DNA from: an uncultured Actinomycetes bacterium
GTDB lineage: Bacteria; Actinomycetota; Acidimicrobiia; Spongiisociales; ZC4RG35
Assembly (NCBI GenBank): GCA_963730285.1
Contig: CAVSQY010000014.1
Coordinates: 11,992-75,991, forward strand
DNA length: 64,000 nucleotides
Direction of reading: 5' to 3'
In this document: positions 47,564-56,757 of the stretch, piece by piece
Position numbering within the stretch: the first letter of the stretch is position 1
How the letters are laid out: every line of letters starts with the position of its first letter
Program-made: the position numbers and the translations under genes
Notes under the pieces: generated by a model
Databases searched by the model: none
What the model saw: the letters and a program-made list of their open reading frames with translations, nothing else
Told to the model about the DNA's origin: nothing

Positions 47564-47970
47564 CTGACCTCCATCACACTCTTACCCACCTGAATCGTGT
47601 CTCCTCGTCTCAGCCTGGTCGGTGCGGTGACCCTCCGCCCGTTGACGTATGTGCCGTTGGTGCTCCCGAGATCGTGGAGCACAATCCCGTCTTCCTGGGC
47701 CACCAGCCTCATGTGGAACTCAGAAGCGTAGGGGTCATCCAGGAGCACGTCGGCCTCGGCCGACCTTCCCAACACCACGACGTCCTCCACCTCCAGCGTC
47801 GTCCCCTGTTGGCTCTCCGACTTGATCATCACCACTTTCGTCCCTTCCTTGCGCTTACGTCGGAGAGAGATGCCGAGATGGGAGCCGATGGCCCGAGCCA
47901 CCTGCCACACGAAGAGATAGACAAGGCCCAGGAAGATGATGCGGAGGATCGCCAGGATGATGTCGGGCAC
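47560..47970 (-). CDS. fhaB: FHA-domain membrane protein (FhaB/FipA-like)
   Basis: N-terminal TM + FHA (VVLGRSAEADVLLDDPYASEFHMRL...GSTNGTYVNGRRV). Confidence 0.8.
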   Translation of the reverse strand: MPDIILAILRIIFLGLVYLFVWQVARAIGSHLGISLRRKRKEGTKVVMIKSESQQGTTLEVEDVVVLGRSAEADVLLDDPYASEFHMRLVAQEDGIVLHDLGSTNGTYVNGRRVTAPTRLRRGDTIQVGKSVMEVR

Positions 47971-47972
47971 CG

Positions 47973-48623
47973 CTATCCCTCCAGGAACCGGAATCGCAGA
48001 TCAGCAAGCCCAACCACGGCGCCATGCTGCAACCGGACCGGCTCCGACCCTATACGGGCCCCATCGACTGTGGTGCCGTTGGCCGAACCGAGATCGCGAA
48101 TCCAACTCTGACCCTCTGACCGCCAGATCAGCGCATGCCGGCGTGAGACCGAGTCGCGGGGTATCACCACCACGGCGTCGCCCGAACGCCCGATCGTTGC
48201 CCGATTGGCCCCGATCTCGAAGGTGCCGGTCGTCCCGTTGAGCCGGGCCCAAGTGGCGAGCGGGCCCGGCGCCACCGACGGCTCCACCTCGAACTGCCCG
48301 GGCAAGACGGTCTCCGAGGTGCGGATGAGCACCGTGGGCGGGCCTTCGAACAAAAGCCCGGCCTTCTCGGCATGCTCGGCGAGGGCAGTCTCCAGTTCCC
48401 CCCGCAACGACCCGGGGTCCACATCGAGGTCACTCGGGCTGACGGTGAGAACGTATCGGTTGGCGGTGGCCGGCCCCGATTCGTGCTCGTATCGGCTCAG
48501 ATCCGCTTCCCTGGCGATGCGTCCGGCCATCTCCGCAGGGTGGAGACGACCGGAGAAGACACGACCTGCGGCGCCTTCGAATAGGCGCTCGAGACGACGC
48601 TCCAGACTGCGGGCGATGCTCAC
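47973..48623 (-). CDS. fhaA: FHA-domain protein (FhaA-like; DUF3662-type N-terminus + C-terminal FHA)
   Basis: MSIARSLERRLERLFEGAAGRVF (DUF3662-like) and FHA (ATIGRSGDAVVVIPRDSVSRRHALIWRSEGQSWIRDLGSANGTTVDG). Confidence 0.75.
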   Translation of the reverse strand: MSIARSLERRLERLFEGAAGRVFSGRLHPAEMAGRIAREADLSRYEHESGPATANRYVLTVSPSDLDVDPGSLRGELETALAEHAEKAGLLFEGPPTVLIRTSETVLPGQFEVEPSVAPGPLATWARLNGTTGTFEIGANRATIGRSGDAVVVIPRDSVSRRHALIWRSEGQSWIRDLGSANGTTVDGARIGSEPVRLQHGAVVGLADLRFRFLEG

Positions 48624-48704
48624 CGGCGGAAGGTTACGGTTGGTTTGGAATCAAGGGCGACTACCGGAAGCCAGGTGCCGACGGTACGATTTTGGGCCGA
48701 CCCA

Positions 48705-48791
<87 letters not shown>

Positions 48792-48900
48792 GGGGTTTCG
48801 GCCGGGAAGGGCTTCTGCTCGCAGTCGAGAAACAGCCGATTGCAACCCGATTGCAACCCTTTCAATCGCACGACTGTTCGATCAGGCTCGTCTGGCCCCC

Positions 48901-49149
48901 TCAGTCGAGGGCTAGGAAGGACGCCGTTTCGTCCTCGAGGAAGGCCATGATCGTGTCGTGGCCGTCTTGGATCGCCTGCTCGATGTCGCTTGTCGTGCAG
49001 TTGCCCAACCGGACCCAGATCACTTTGGGTGGGGGCCTGGACACCAATGCCCTCTGGTGGAATTCTTCGTCCTTCGACACGATGGCGAATCCGTGATCGA
49101 GCGCATACCTCCAAATCTCGTCGTCGGTCGCGTCGCCAAGATCGAGCAA
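48901..49149 (-). CDS. DUF5615-family (PIN-like) protein; annotated TTG start is probably too late (frame stays open and homologous up to ~49270)
   Basis: ORF ...LDLGDATDDEIWRYALDHGFAIVSKDEEFHQRALVSRPPPKVIWVRLGN. In-frame upstream sequence reads ...ASLDANISRRLIPRISGTFPDSSHVAL matching the DUF5615 N-terminus (LLDENLP.RL......GHDV) but with no ATG/GTG/TTG, overlapping the DUF433 gene end. Confidence 0.5.
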   Translation of the reverse strand: MLDLGDATDDEIWRYALDHGFAIVSKDEEFHQRALVSRPPPKVIWVRLGNCTTSDIEQAIQDGHDTIMAFLEDETASFLALD

Positions 49150-49228
49150 GGCGACGTGAGACGAGTCGGGGAAGGTTCCAGAGATTCGAGGTATCAGTCG
49201 ACGCGAGATGTTCGCATCGAGGGAAGCT

Positions 49229-49450
49229 TCACGCGCCGGAGACGAGCTTGCGTTCGCGATCAGCAGCGAACGCCAGACATGCCCGGATGTCCTCTTGCTC
49301 GAGCTCGGGGAAGTCGCTGAGGATCTCCTCTTCGCTCATCCCGGACGCGAGGTAGTCGAGGACGTCATAGACAGTGATGCGCAGCCCTCGAATGATGGGC
49401 TTGCCTCCGCGCTTGCCCGGTTCGGTCGTAATGCGGTCCTGATGGTTCAC
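49229..49450 (-). CDS. DUF433 family protein (partner of DUF5615; TA-like pair)
   Basis: GTG start; VNHQDRITTEPGKRGGKPIIRGLRITVYDVLDYLASGMSEEEILSDFPELEQEDIRACLAFAADRE. The ORF-track N-terminal extension to 49630 is spurious. Confidence 0.6.
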   Translation of the reverse strand: MNHQDRITTEPGKRGGKPIIRGLRITVYDVLDYLASGMSEEEILSDFPELEQEDIRACLAFAADRERKLVSGA

Positions 49451-49681
49451 AATCTCACGCGATTCTAGGTGTGCTGGTGGCGGATCAAGGCCCGAGGAAG
49501 GAGTGCGTTGCTCATGCCTCAACTGGACGATTGTTCGATGAGCGCGGCGACAGCCTCGGCCACCAGGGGTTTCGACAAGCCCCTCGACCAGATCTTTGGC
49601 TACCGAGCCGATGAGCAGACCTGGGCACACATATTCACAGAAAAGTCTGAAGACGATTCTTTAGTCTGGGCGGCACCCGCC

Positions 49682-50017
49682 CTAAAGCGCGAGTTTCAGG
49701 TTCACCAGCTCGCGGATCAGGTCTTCGTCCGGGGGTCGGTCGATTGGGAAACGCAGAGTGCCCTTGGACCAGTCGTAGTCAGCGAGCTTCGCAGGGTCGA
49801 CCATCTCGAGCACCGAGCCGGAGTGAGGGAAGTAGCTGCAGTGACCCTTCGAGTAGGAGTAGCCGGCCACCGGCTTCCCTTGGATCAGGAACGCCGGCAC
49901 CGAATAGGACATGCCCTCTTCTCCCTCGGGCAGGATTCTGGACAGCATCGCCCTGACGGCCCTGAGTGACGTCTGCTGGGGCTCTGGTGCCGAGTCGATG
50001 TACTCGTCGACTGTCAT
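49682..50017 (-). CDS. DUF1801 (YdhG-like) domain protein
   Basis: MTVDEYIDSAPEPQQTSLRAVRAMLSRILPEGEEGMSYSVPAFLIQGKPVAGYSYSKGHCSYF. Confidence 0.6.
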   Translation of the reverse strand: MTVDEYIDSAPEPQQTSLRAVRAMLSRILPEGEEGMSYSVPAFLIQGKPVAGYSYSKGHCSYFPHSGSVLEMVDPAKLADYDWSKGTLRFPIDRPPDEDLIRELVNLKLAL

Positions 50018-50027
50018 CGGCGCGACA

Positions 50028-50387
50028 TTATCTCCCGTAGGTGGATGGACGACCCTGTTTGAGCTTGCGCCAGCCACCAACTCGATTGTTCGCGATGACC
50101 TGTCGGAACACGGCCGCCAAGGCTGGAGCGTTGATGGTCTCGGTTTCTCTCACAGCAACGGTTCTTCCGGTCTTGGTGTCGTGACCCCCAGTGATGATTT
50201 GCGCCGGATCGGGCACGATCCCGCCGTCATACAGGAAGATGCTGACGTGATCGTTGGCCGCCAATAGGGCGCAAATGTTGCCCTCCAAGACGAAGTAGGA
50301 CTGGACCCGCCTCTTGATGGTTTCTTCGACCTCGGAGTCCACATCTGCACCAATTGGCGAACTTCCCGACATATCGCCCGCTGCCAC
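50028..50387 (-). CDS. Hypothetical protein
   Basis: ORF only; no recognisable motif. Confidence 0.3.
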   Translation of the reverse strand: MAAGDMSGSSPIGADVDSEVEETIKRRVQSYFVLEGNICALLAANDHVSIFLYDGGIVPDPAQIITGGHDTKTGRTVAVRETETINAPALAAVFRQVIANNRVGGWRKLKQGRPSTYGR

Positions 50388-50496
50388 TCAGGGAGTGGGT
50401 CGATGTAGTCGTCAACTCGAGGGTCTCTAGTTCAACTCAGGTCCGAAATGCTATCCGACGACGCTGAATAATCTGCTGAGTCGAGGCGGCTCGAAG

Positions 50497-50546
50497 TGCC
50501 CTTTCTGTGAACTGGATTGGGTGGGTCTTGCCGGTTTCGGTTCACA
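50497..50546. promoter_or_regulatory. Copy 1 of a conserved ~45-nt palindromic motif GTGAAC-N33-GTTCAC (core GGGTGGGT...CCGGTTT.GGTTCAC), upstream of the methyltransferase gene
   Basis: gtgaactggattgggtgggtcttgccggtttcggttcac; 39/45 positions identical to copy 2 at 51232-51281 with identical spacing. Confidence 0.5.
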
Positions 50547-50591
50547 GAGACGACCTCGGCTCCATTTCAGGCTGAAGGGAAGAGGACAAAC

Positions 50592-51230
50592 GTGTCGGAG
50601 GAATCAGGTGGGCGGGATCCGACGAGTCATGAGCGGATGACGGGTCTGCCCTGGGATGCGTCATACCAAGACGGTCCTGCTCCTTGGGATATCGGCCGGC
50701 CCCAACCGGCGGTGGTGCGTCTGGCATCTGAGGGCGGATTCACCGGACCGGTGCTCGATGCGGGCTGCGGGACCGGCGAAAACGCTCTGCATCTATCCTC
50801 GATGGGCCTGAAGGTCCTGGGCGTCGATGTGGCCGAGACGGCATTGGCGATCGCAAGGGAGAGGGCCATCGACCGGGGGATCGAGGTCGAGTTCGCGGTG
50901 GCCGACGCCATGCAACTGGAGCGTTTGGGGCGTAAGTTCGAAACGGTGCTCGATTGCGGCCTTTTCCACACATTCGACCAAGACGAGCGATCTGGCTACT
51001 TGGCGAGTCTCTCGTCGGTCACCAAGCATGGTGGGGTCCTGCAACTGCTGTGCTTCAGTGACGCCGGCCCCAACGTCGGCCCCCACCCGATCAGCCGGGG
51101 TGAGCTGAGAGCGGCGTTCGACCTGGGGGGTGAATGGGAGGTCGCCGCCGTCGAACCAGATCGTCTCCAGACCAGATTTCACGACGAGGCCGGCGCCCCG
51201 GCCTGGTTGGCGACAGTCAGACGCCGTTAG
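50592..51230 (+). CDS. Class I SAM-dependent methyltransferase (TPMT-like)
   Basis: GTG start with SD gggaagagga; motif I VLDAGCGTGENALHL, ...LGVDVAETAL..., motif post-I AVADAM. The ORF-track start 50517 overlaps the upstream motif. Confidence 0.75.
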   Translation: MSEESGGRDPTSHERMTGLPWDASYQDGPAPWDIGRPQPAVVRLASEGGFTGPVLDAGCGTGENALHLSSMGLKVLGVDVAETALAIARERAIDRGIEVEFAVADAMQLERLGRKFETVLDCGLFHTFDQDERSGYLASLSSVTKHGGVLQLLCFSDAGPNVGPHPISRGELRAAFDLGGEWEVAAVEPDRLQTRFHDEAGAPAWLATVRRR

Positions 51231-51231
51231 A

Positions 51232-51281
51232 TCCGTGAACGGAATCGGGTGGGTTTGACCGGTTTTGGTTCACGGAAGGGC
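51232..51281. promoter_or_regulatory. Copy 2 of the GTGAAC-N33-GTTCAC motif, upstream of 51310..52314
   Basis: gtgaacggaatcgggtgggtttgaccggttttggttcac. Confidence 0.5.
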
Positions 51282-51309
51282 ACCGGGCCGATATACCCTC
51301 GCCACTCAC

Positions 51310-52314
51310 GTGATCCTCGATTCACCCAGGTCGCGAAGAAAGGCGTGGAGACGTCTCTTCTGGCCGGCCCTCATCACCGTTGTCGCAATTGTCGCCGTAG
51401 CGGTCTCCGCGGCAGGACGTGACACGCGTCTCGACCTCGCCTATCTGGATGCCGTGCGAGATCAGAGCGCAGAGTTGTCGTTGGACGGTGATGCGTTGCG
51501 GGTCGTGATCTCGCGACTTTCCCGGATCGAGCGGGATGAGTTGGTCACTGCAATCGACACGATCCGGACCGATCTCCAGGTCGGCCAGGATCTCGTCGAC
51601 CAGGGACCTCCATCTGATTCGCTGATAGGGATCAATTCCCTCTATCGGCAGGCGATACTGGCCTGGACCGTGGGCGTCAGTGGCTTCGAGTCGGGGGTTC
51701 TCACAGCCGCAGACGATCCATTGAACACGGTGGTCGTCGACAACCTCGCTAACGCACTCGCCGAGATCAGGGACGGTGACCGTCTCTACGAGGATCTGGT
51801 GCGTGAGCTGGGCATGGACGAGATCCCCGATCCCGTCGGTTCGATGCCGAGCGTGGTGTTGATGCCGGCCGACGGTGAACTGGCCAGTTTGGCCGATGCA
51901 TATGTGGTGGCGGCGCGGTCGGTGAACGCAATGATCGCCCTCCGTCCCGGTCTTGGATTGAGTCAGATCACATCCGATCCACTGTGGAACGTGAACCCCG
52001 ACGACCAGACTGTGCTGCCTGCCACCGACCTGGTCACGTTCTCGGTGGTCGTGAGCAACAAAGGCAATGTCGCCAGTGACCCGACTCCACTCCGTCTGAC
52101 CCTGTCCGGAAACGGTGACCCCGTCGTGGCGACCCAACAGGTTCCCGTCCTCGAGCCCGGCGAGCAGACGGCTATCGACTTCGTCGACATGGCTGTGGTG
52201 GCGGGAGGCCCGTTTGAGGTGAAAGCCGAGCTCGAGGTCATCCAGTTGGACGTGGACCTCGACGACAACGCTTTGGCTGTCATCTTCATGGTCAACGAGG
52301 CGCAGAGCGGCTGA
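51310..52314 (+). CDS. Membrane-anchored hypothetical protein with C-terminal CARDB-like beta-sandwich domain
   Basis: TM LFWPALITVVAIVAVAVSAAG; C-terminal DLVTFSVVVSNKGNVASDPTPLRLTLSGNGDPV...GEQTAIDFVDM (CARDB-like). Confidence 0.5.
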   Translation: MILDSPRSRRKAWRRLFWPALITVVAIVAVAVSAAGRDTRLDLAYLDAVRDQSAELSLDGDALRVVISRLSRIERDELVTAIDTIRTDLQVGQDLVDQGPPSDSLIGINSLYRQAILAWTVGVSGFESGVLTAADDPLNTVVVDNLANALAEIRDGDRLYEDLVRELGMDEIPDPVGSMPSVVLMPADGELASLADAYVVAARSVNAMIALRPGLGLSQITSDPLWNVNPDDQTVLPATDLVTFSVVVSNKGNVASDPTPLRLTLSGNGDPVVATQQVPVLEPGEQTAIDFVDMAVVAGGPFEVKAELEVIQLDVDLDDNALAVIFMVNEAQSG

Positions 52315-52340
52315 GTGACTCCCGGTACCATCGGCTGACC

Positions 52341-53588
52341 ATGATCGATCCACGACTCATTCGCGACGACCCGGACACTGTCCGTGAGTCGTTACGTCGA
52401 CGCGGCTCGAAGATCGACCTGGACGCTCTGATCGGTTTGGAGGTTGCCGCCCGCTCCGCCCGGCAGAGAGCCGAAGAGCTGCGGGCGAGCCAAAAGGAGG
52501 CGGGGAGGCAGATCGCAACTCTCGAAGGCGAGGACAAAGAGCGGGCGATAGCATCGGTGGGGGAGTTGGCCGAAGAGGTCAAAACCTCCTCCGCGGAGGC
52601 AGACCGGCTCGACCGGGAGCTCGATGAGCGGCTTCTCGAAGTGCCCAACCTCGTTGCGACCGATGCCGCAGATGGCTTCACCGAAGAAGACAATCTCGAG
52701 ATCAAGCAGGTCGGAGAGCCTGGCCCGGCAGCAACCGACTACGAGGCGCTGGGGGAGAGTCTCGACATCATCGATACCGTACGTGGGGCCAAGGTCTCCG
52801 GCAGCCGTTTTGGCTATCTGAAAGGCAAGGGAGCCCTGCTCGAGTTCTCCCTGGTCCGTTGGGCCATGGACCACCTGGTCGAGTCGGGGTTCACCCCGAT
52901 GATCCCCCCGGTCCTGGTCCGCGACGAGGCCCTGGTGGGCACCGGGTTCTTCCCCGAGGCGAGGGAGCAGGTCTACGAAGTCCCCAAAGACGAGTTGTTC
53001 TTGGTTGGCACGGCCGAGGTCCCGCTGGCCGCCTATCACGGTGACGAGATCTTCCAGCCTGAGCAGCTACCCATCAGGTATGCCGGCTTCTCCACGTGCT
53101 TTCGCCGGGAGTCGGGCACCTACGGGAGGGACACCGCCAGCATCTTCCGGGTTCATCAATTCGACAAGGTGGAGATGTTCGTCTTCATCGACCCTCAGGC
53201 CTCTGCCGACGAGCACGATCGCCTGCTGGAGGTGGAGGAGTCGCTGGTCCGTGAGCTGGAGATCCCCTACCGCGTGGTCAATGTCGCCGCCGGGGATCTT
53301 GGAGCCTCGGCAACCAAGAAGTACGACATCGAGGCCTGGTTCCCCGGTCAGCAGCGCTATCGGGAGATCACCTCCTGCTCCAACACGACTGACTACCAGG
53401 CGCGTCGGCTCAAGGTCCGGCAGCGAACCGACGGTGGGAACCAGATAGTCCACACCCTCAATGGGACCGCCTGTGCAGTCGGGCGAACCATCCTCACTCT
53501 CCTCGAGAATCATCAGCAGGGCGACGGGTCGGTGGTCATCCCGAAGGCCCTTCGCGATTACACCGGTTTCGATGTCATCGGGCCGTGA
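52341..53588 (+). CDS. serS: Seryl-tRNA synthetase
   Basis: N-terminal coiled coil (MIDPRLIRDDPDTVRESLRRRG...), class II motifs (FRRESGTYGRDTASIFRVHQFDKVEMF; ...GTACAVGRTILTLLEN). Confidence 0.9.
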   Translation: MIDPRLIRDDPDTVRESLRRRGSKIDLDALIGLEVAARSARQRAEELRASQKEAGRQIATLEGEDKERAIASVGELAEEVKTSSAEADRLDRELDERLLEVPNLVATDAADGFTEEDNLEIKQVGEPGPAATDYEALGESLDIIDTVRGAKVSGSRFGYLKGKGALLEFSLVRWAMDHLVESGFTPMIPPVLVRDEALVGTGFFPEAREQVYEVPKDELFLVGTAEVPLAAYHGDEIFQPEQLPIRYAGFSTCFRRESGTYGRDTASIFRVHQFDKVEMFVFIDPQASADEHDRLLEVEESLVRELEIPYRVVNVAAGDLGASATKKYDIEAWFPGQQRYREITSCSNTTDYQARRLKVRQRTDGGNQIVHTLNGTACAVGRTILTLLENHQQGDGSVVIPKALRDYTGFDVIGP

Positions 53589-54274
53589 GTGAGGTAACCG
53601 ATCCGATTTTTGCCCGGATCGCCGCCCGCTACGACCGGATCAACAGCATCCTCTCCCTGGGGCGGGAGAGGAAATGGCGCGCCACCGGCGTGGACATGCT
53701 TCGTCCCGGCCTGGTTCTCGACCTCGGATCGGGGACCGGCGCCACCGACTTCGGGCAGAGGGATCCGGTCGATCTCGACCCAGTTCTGGAGATGCTCGCA
53801 CTCAGCCCCGTCAGTCGGCGGGTGGTGGGGGTAGGGGAGACCCTTCCGTTCGCCGATTCGTCGTTCGACGCGGTGTTCAGCGGTTTCGTGTTCCGCAACC
53901 TGACGTCCGTCGATCGCACGTTGAGAGAGATCCGGCGTGTCCTCGAGCCGGGTGCGGTGGCCACCGTCATCGATCTGTCCCGCCCCAAGAACCCCATTCT
54001 CCGGGGAATCCATCGGCTTGCGACCGCCATCGTCTTGCCGCTGGTGGGTCTGCTCTTCGCCGGCGCACCGAGGGAGTACTGGTACCTGCACCGATCCCTC
54101 GACTCACTCGCTCCTCCGGAACAGCTGTTTCGGGACGGCCCCCTCGTCCTCGAAGAAATCTGGAGAATGGGGCTGTTCGGCTTCGTCTACGGAGTCAGGT
54201 TGAGGAAGCCGCCGGAGGCAGCGGCTTCGGATCCACCAGACCGGCGCGCCGCCACTTCGGAGGCTGCCCGTTGA
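53585..54274 (+). CDS. UbiE/MenG-like class I methyltransferase (divergent)
   Basis: GTGA overlap with the serS stop; N-terminal IFARIAARYDRINSILSLGRERKWR resembles the UbiE family motif (FDRIA.RYD..N...S.G....W); LDLGSGTG. Confidence 0.55.
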   Translation: MSEVTDPIFARIAARYDRINSILSLGRERKWRATGVDMLRPGLVLDLGSGTGATDFGQRDPVDLDPVLEMLALSPVSRRVVGVGETLPFADSSFDAVFSGFVFRNLTSVDRTLREIRRVLEPGAVATVIDLSRPKNPILRGIHRLATAIVLPLVGLLFAGAPREYWYLHRSLDSLAPPEQLFRDGPLVLEEIWRMGLFGFVYGVRLRKPPEAAASDPPDRRAATSEAAR

Positions 54275-54629
54275 CGGCCTGAGAGCTGATCGTGCCCCCG
54301 CCTTCGAGGCCTCGTGCACGCCGTCGAGATCGGCCGCCAACTCGGGTCAGGCCGCCCTACGTCACCCGGTGCGATCCACTTAGGGCTGCTTCCTTCCGGA
54401 TCTGACCCGATTCATGGTGCTCCGCCGCGCAGGACCCAACCGTCAACATCGCGTGTCCGACCTCAGGGCAGTGAGCCCCGACGACACGTTGCCCCTCGGG
54501 CGGGGAACTCAGCCCCGCGTGGAGAGGATTTCGGGTTCAGGGCACCCCTAGCGCCCCGCCTATCACGATCGCGACGAAGGCTACCCAACGGGCACTCCTA
54601 GGCGAATAGGTCTTCGGGGTCCTGTTACC

Positions 54630-55808
54630 TTGCTCGGGCCGATGAGCACCCATCGTTTCGGGCCCGATTTCACGAGCATCTTCCTGGCCGGCCTGCTCCA
54701 GGAGGTCTCCTTCCAGTTGATGGTGCACTTTCCGGGGTACGTCCAGAGTTTGGGGGCGACCGAAGCCTTGATCGGGCTGCTCTATGCCGGGGGTGCGATC
54801 ATGGCGCTCCTCTTCCGCCCGTTGTTGGGACGGGCGCTCGACCTCACTCATCGGCGCACGGTGCTGTTGTTCTGTGGAGCGATGAACGTCACCGTGGTGG
54901 CGCTGCTTTCGTTGACCAGCCAGTGGGGCGTCGTGTTGTGGGCTTTGTTCCTCGTGCACCGGGTGTTTCAAATCGCCCTCTTCACCACGATGCTCACCTA
55001 CATGGCCGACTCTCTACCGGTTGAGCATCGGACACAAGGGCTGGCCCTATTCGGCCTTTCCGGGTTGGTCCCGATCGCCATGGGAGGGGTCATCGGCGAC
55101 CTGGTGATCGACGGGCTGGGGTTCGGTGCCCTTTTCCTGCTTGCGGCCGCGGCGGGCCTGATTTCCTGGTCGATCGTGTGGAGCCTTCCGGTGCTTCCCG
55201 TGATGAGTCGCCGGCCGCGTCGTGGCTTCTGGTCGGCATTCGCCCAACGCAACCTGCTCCCGCTGTGGTGGATCACCTTCTGTTTCAGCATCGGGATGGA
55301 GACTCTGTTCACATTCACCCGTACCTATGTGGATGACCGTCAGGTTGGGTCCACCGGTCTGTTCTTCGGCATCTATGGGGTGACTGCCGCCGCCATGAGG
55401 CTGGTCGGTGGGAACAGGTACGACCGGGTCCCACATCGTCCGCTCGCCGTCGCGGCTCTCATCTCTTATGGGCTAGGTCTCGGTCTACTGGCCGTGGCCG
55501 GCTCGATACCGATCCTGGCCTTGGCAGCCTTCTTCGCGGGTATGGCCCATGGCGGTCTCTTCCCACTGCTGTCCAGTCAGGTTGTGGCGAGGGCTCGGAC
55601 CGCCGAGCGGGGCTCCGCCATGGCGGTCTTCACCTCGATCTTCGACATCGCCCTGCTGGTGGCCGCTCCTTCAGTTGGCGGACTGATCGATGGGTTCGAC
55701 TACGAGGTTGCCTTTGCCGCGGTTGCGGGCGTCTTGGTCGTCGGATCGGCGGTATATGCGATATGGGATCGGCGCATGGTGGCGGCAGAGGCGATCGCCG
55801 CCGCCTGA
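54630..55808 (+). CDS. MFS transporter
   Basis: 12 hydrophobic segments; MFS-type loop motifs (GRALDLTHRRTVLL; GNRYDRVPHRPLAV). Confidence 0.8.
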   Translation: MLGPMSTHRFGPDFTSIFLAGLLQEVSFQLMVHFPGYVQSLGATEALIGLLYAGGAIMALLFRPLLGRALDLTHRRTVLLFCGAMNVTVVALLSLTSQWGVVLWALFLVHRVFQIALFTTMLTYMADSLPVEHRTQGLALFGLSGLVPIAMGGVIGDLVIDGLGFGALFLLAAAAGLISWSIVWSLPVLPVMSRRPRRGFWSAFAQRNLLPLWWITFCFSIGMETLFTFTRTYVDDRQVGSTGLFFGIYGVTAAAMRLVGGNRYDRVPHRPLAVAALISYGLGLGLLAVAGSIPILALAAFFAGMAHGGLFPLLSSQVVARARTAERGSAMAVFTSIFDIALLVAAPSVGGLIDGFDYEVAFAAVAGVLVVGSAVYAIWDRRMVAAEAIAAA

Positions 55809-55809
55809 G

Positions 55810-56280
55810 TCATCGACGCTCGGAGAAGAAATCCTGGAGGAGCTGGCGTGACTCGTCGGCCATGACCCCCTCGATCAGGTCGACACGGTGGTTGAGACGA
55901 GCATCCTGGGGGATGTTGTAGAGGGACCAGGATCCCCCCGCCTTGAGATCAGCTGCGCCGTACACGATTCGATCGAGGTGAGCGAGCACGGACGCACCAG
56001 AGCACATGACGCACGGCTCCAGTGTCACCACCAGAGTGTGCCCGGCCAGCCTCCAGTCAGCGAGCTGACGTGCCCGGGCCGAGAGGACCAGCAGTTCGGC
56101 ATGGGCGGTTGGATCCGACAGCTCCTCACGCCGATTCCGGTCGATTCCCACCTGGTTGCCCTTCTCATCGAGCAGCACAGCACCCACGGGCACGTCGCCA
56201 TGGGCGGCAGCCTCCCGCGCTGCCTCCAGAGCGGCGCGCATTGGCTCGAGGAATGATTCGGGGGATATGGGTTGAGTCAT
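55810..56280 (-). CDS. tadA: tRNA-specific adenosine deaminase TadA (CDA fold)
   Basis: HAELLVLSARARQL (H[AC]E) and PCVMCSGA (PCxxC) zinc motifs. Confidence 0.85.
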   Translation of the reverse strand: MTQPISPESFLEPMRAALEAAREAAAHGDVPVGAVLLDEKGNQVGIDRNRREELSDPTAHAELLVLSARARQLADWRLAGHTLVVTLEPCVMCSGASVLAHLDRIVYGAADLKAGGSWSLYNIPQDARLNHRVDLIEGVMADESRQLLQDFFSERR

Positions 56281-56327
56281 CGACGTGGATTATCCTTTCT
56301 CTGCCTGCCGGTCCTGGCGGGAATCCC

Positions 56328-56418
56328 GGAGGGATCGCATAGTTTGGTCTAGTGCGCGGCACTGGAAATGCCGTTGGGGGTTTACGCTCCCTCGAGGGTT
56401 CAAATCCCTCTCCCTCCG
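56328..56418 (+). tRNA. tRNA-Ser (anticodon GGA)
   Basis: GGAGGGATCGCATAGTTTGGTCTAGTGCGCGGCACTGGAAATGCCG...GAGGGTTCAAATCCCTCTCCCTCCG; long variable arm; acceptor GGAGGGA/TCCCTCC. Confidence 0.85.
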
Positions 56419-56511
56419 CGAGTCATGAGTGGTAGGCCCAAGCCCGACCCGCTGACCTGCGGCCTACAACCTATGACTTACCGTCGGCGACATCTCCGGA
56501 TGTCGCCGCTC

Positions 56512-56602
56512 GGAGGGGTCGCATAGTCCGGTCTAGTGCGCGGCACTCGAAATGCCGTAGGGGGCTGACGCTTCCTCGAGGGTTCGAATCCCTCCCCCTC
56601 CG
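56512..56602 (+). tRNA. tRNA-Ser (anticodon CGA)
   Basis: GGAGGGGTCGCATAGTCCGGTCTAGTGCGCGGCACTCGAAATGCCG...GAGGGTTCGAATCCCTCCCCCTCCG. Confidence 0.85.
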
Positions 56603-56667
56603 CGACCGGGACCGACGCTCGTCGGTCCCAACGGTGCTCCAAGTACGGTCTCGATGACGCGCAACCT

Positions 56668-56757
56668 GGAGGGGTGTCCGAGTGGTCTAAGGAGACGGTC
56701 TTGAAAACCGTTGGGCCCAATAGGGTCTCGTGGGTTCGAATCCCACCCCCTCCGCCA
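56668..56757 (+). tRNA. tRNA-Ser (anticodon TGA), CCA encoded
   Basis: GGAGGGGTGTCCGAGTGGTCTAAGGAGACGGTCTTGAAAACCGTTGGGCCCAATAGGGTCTCGTGGGTTCGAATCCCACCCCCTCCGCCA. Confidence 0.85.
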
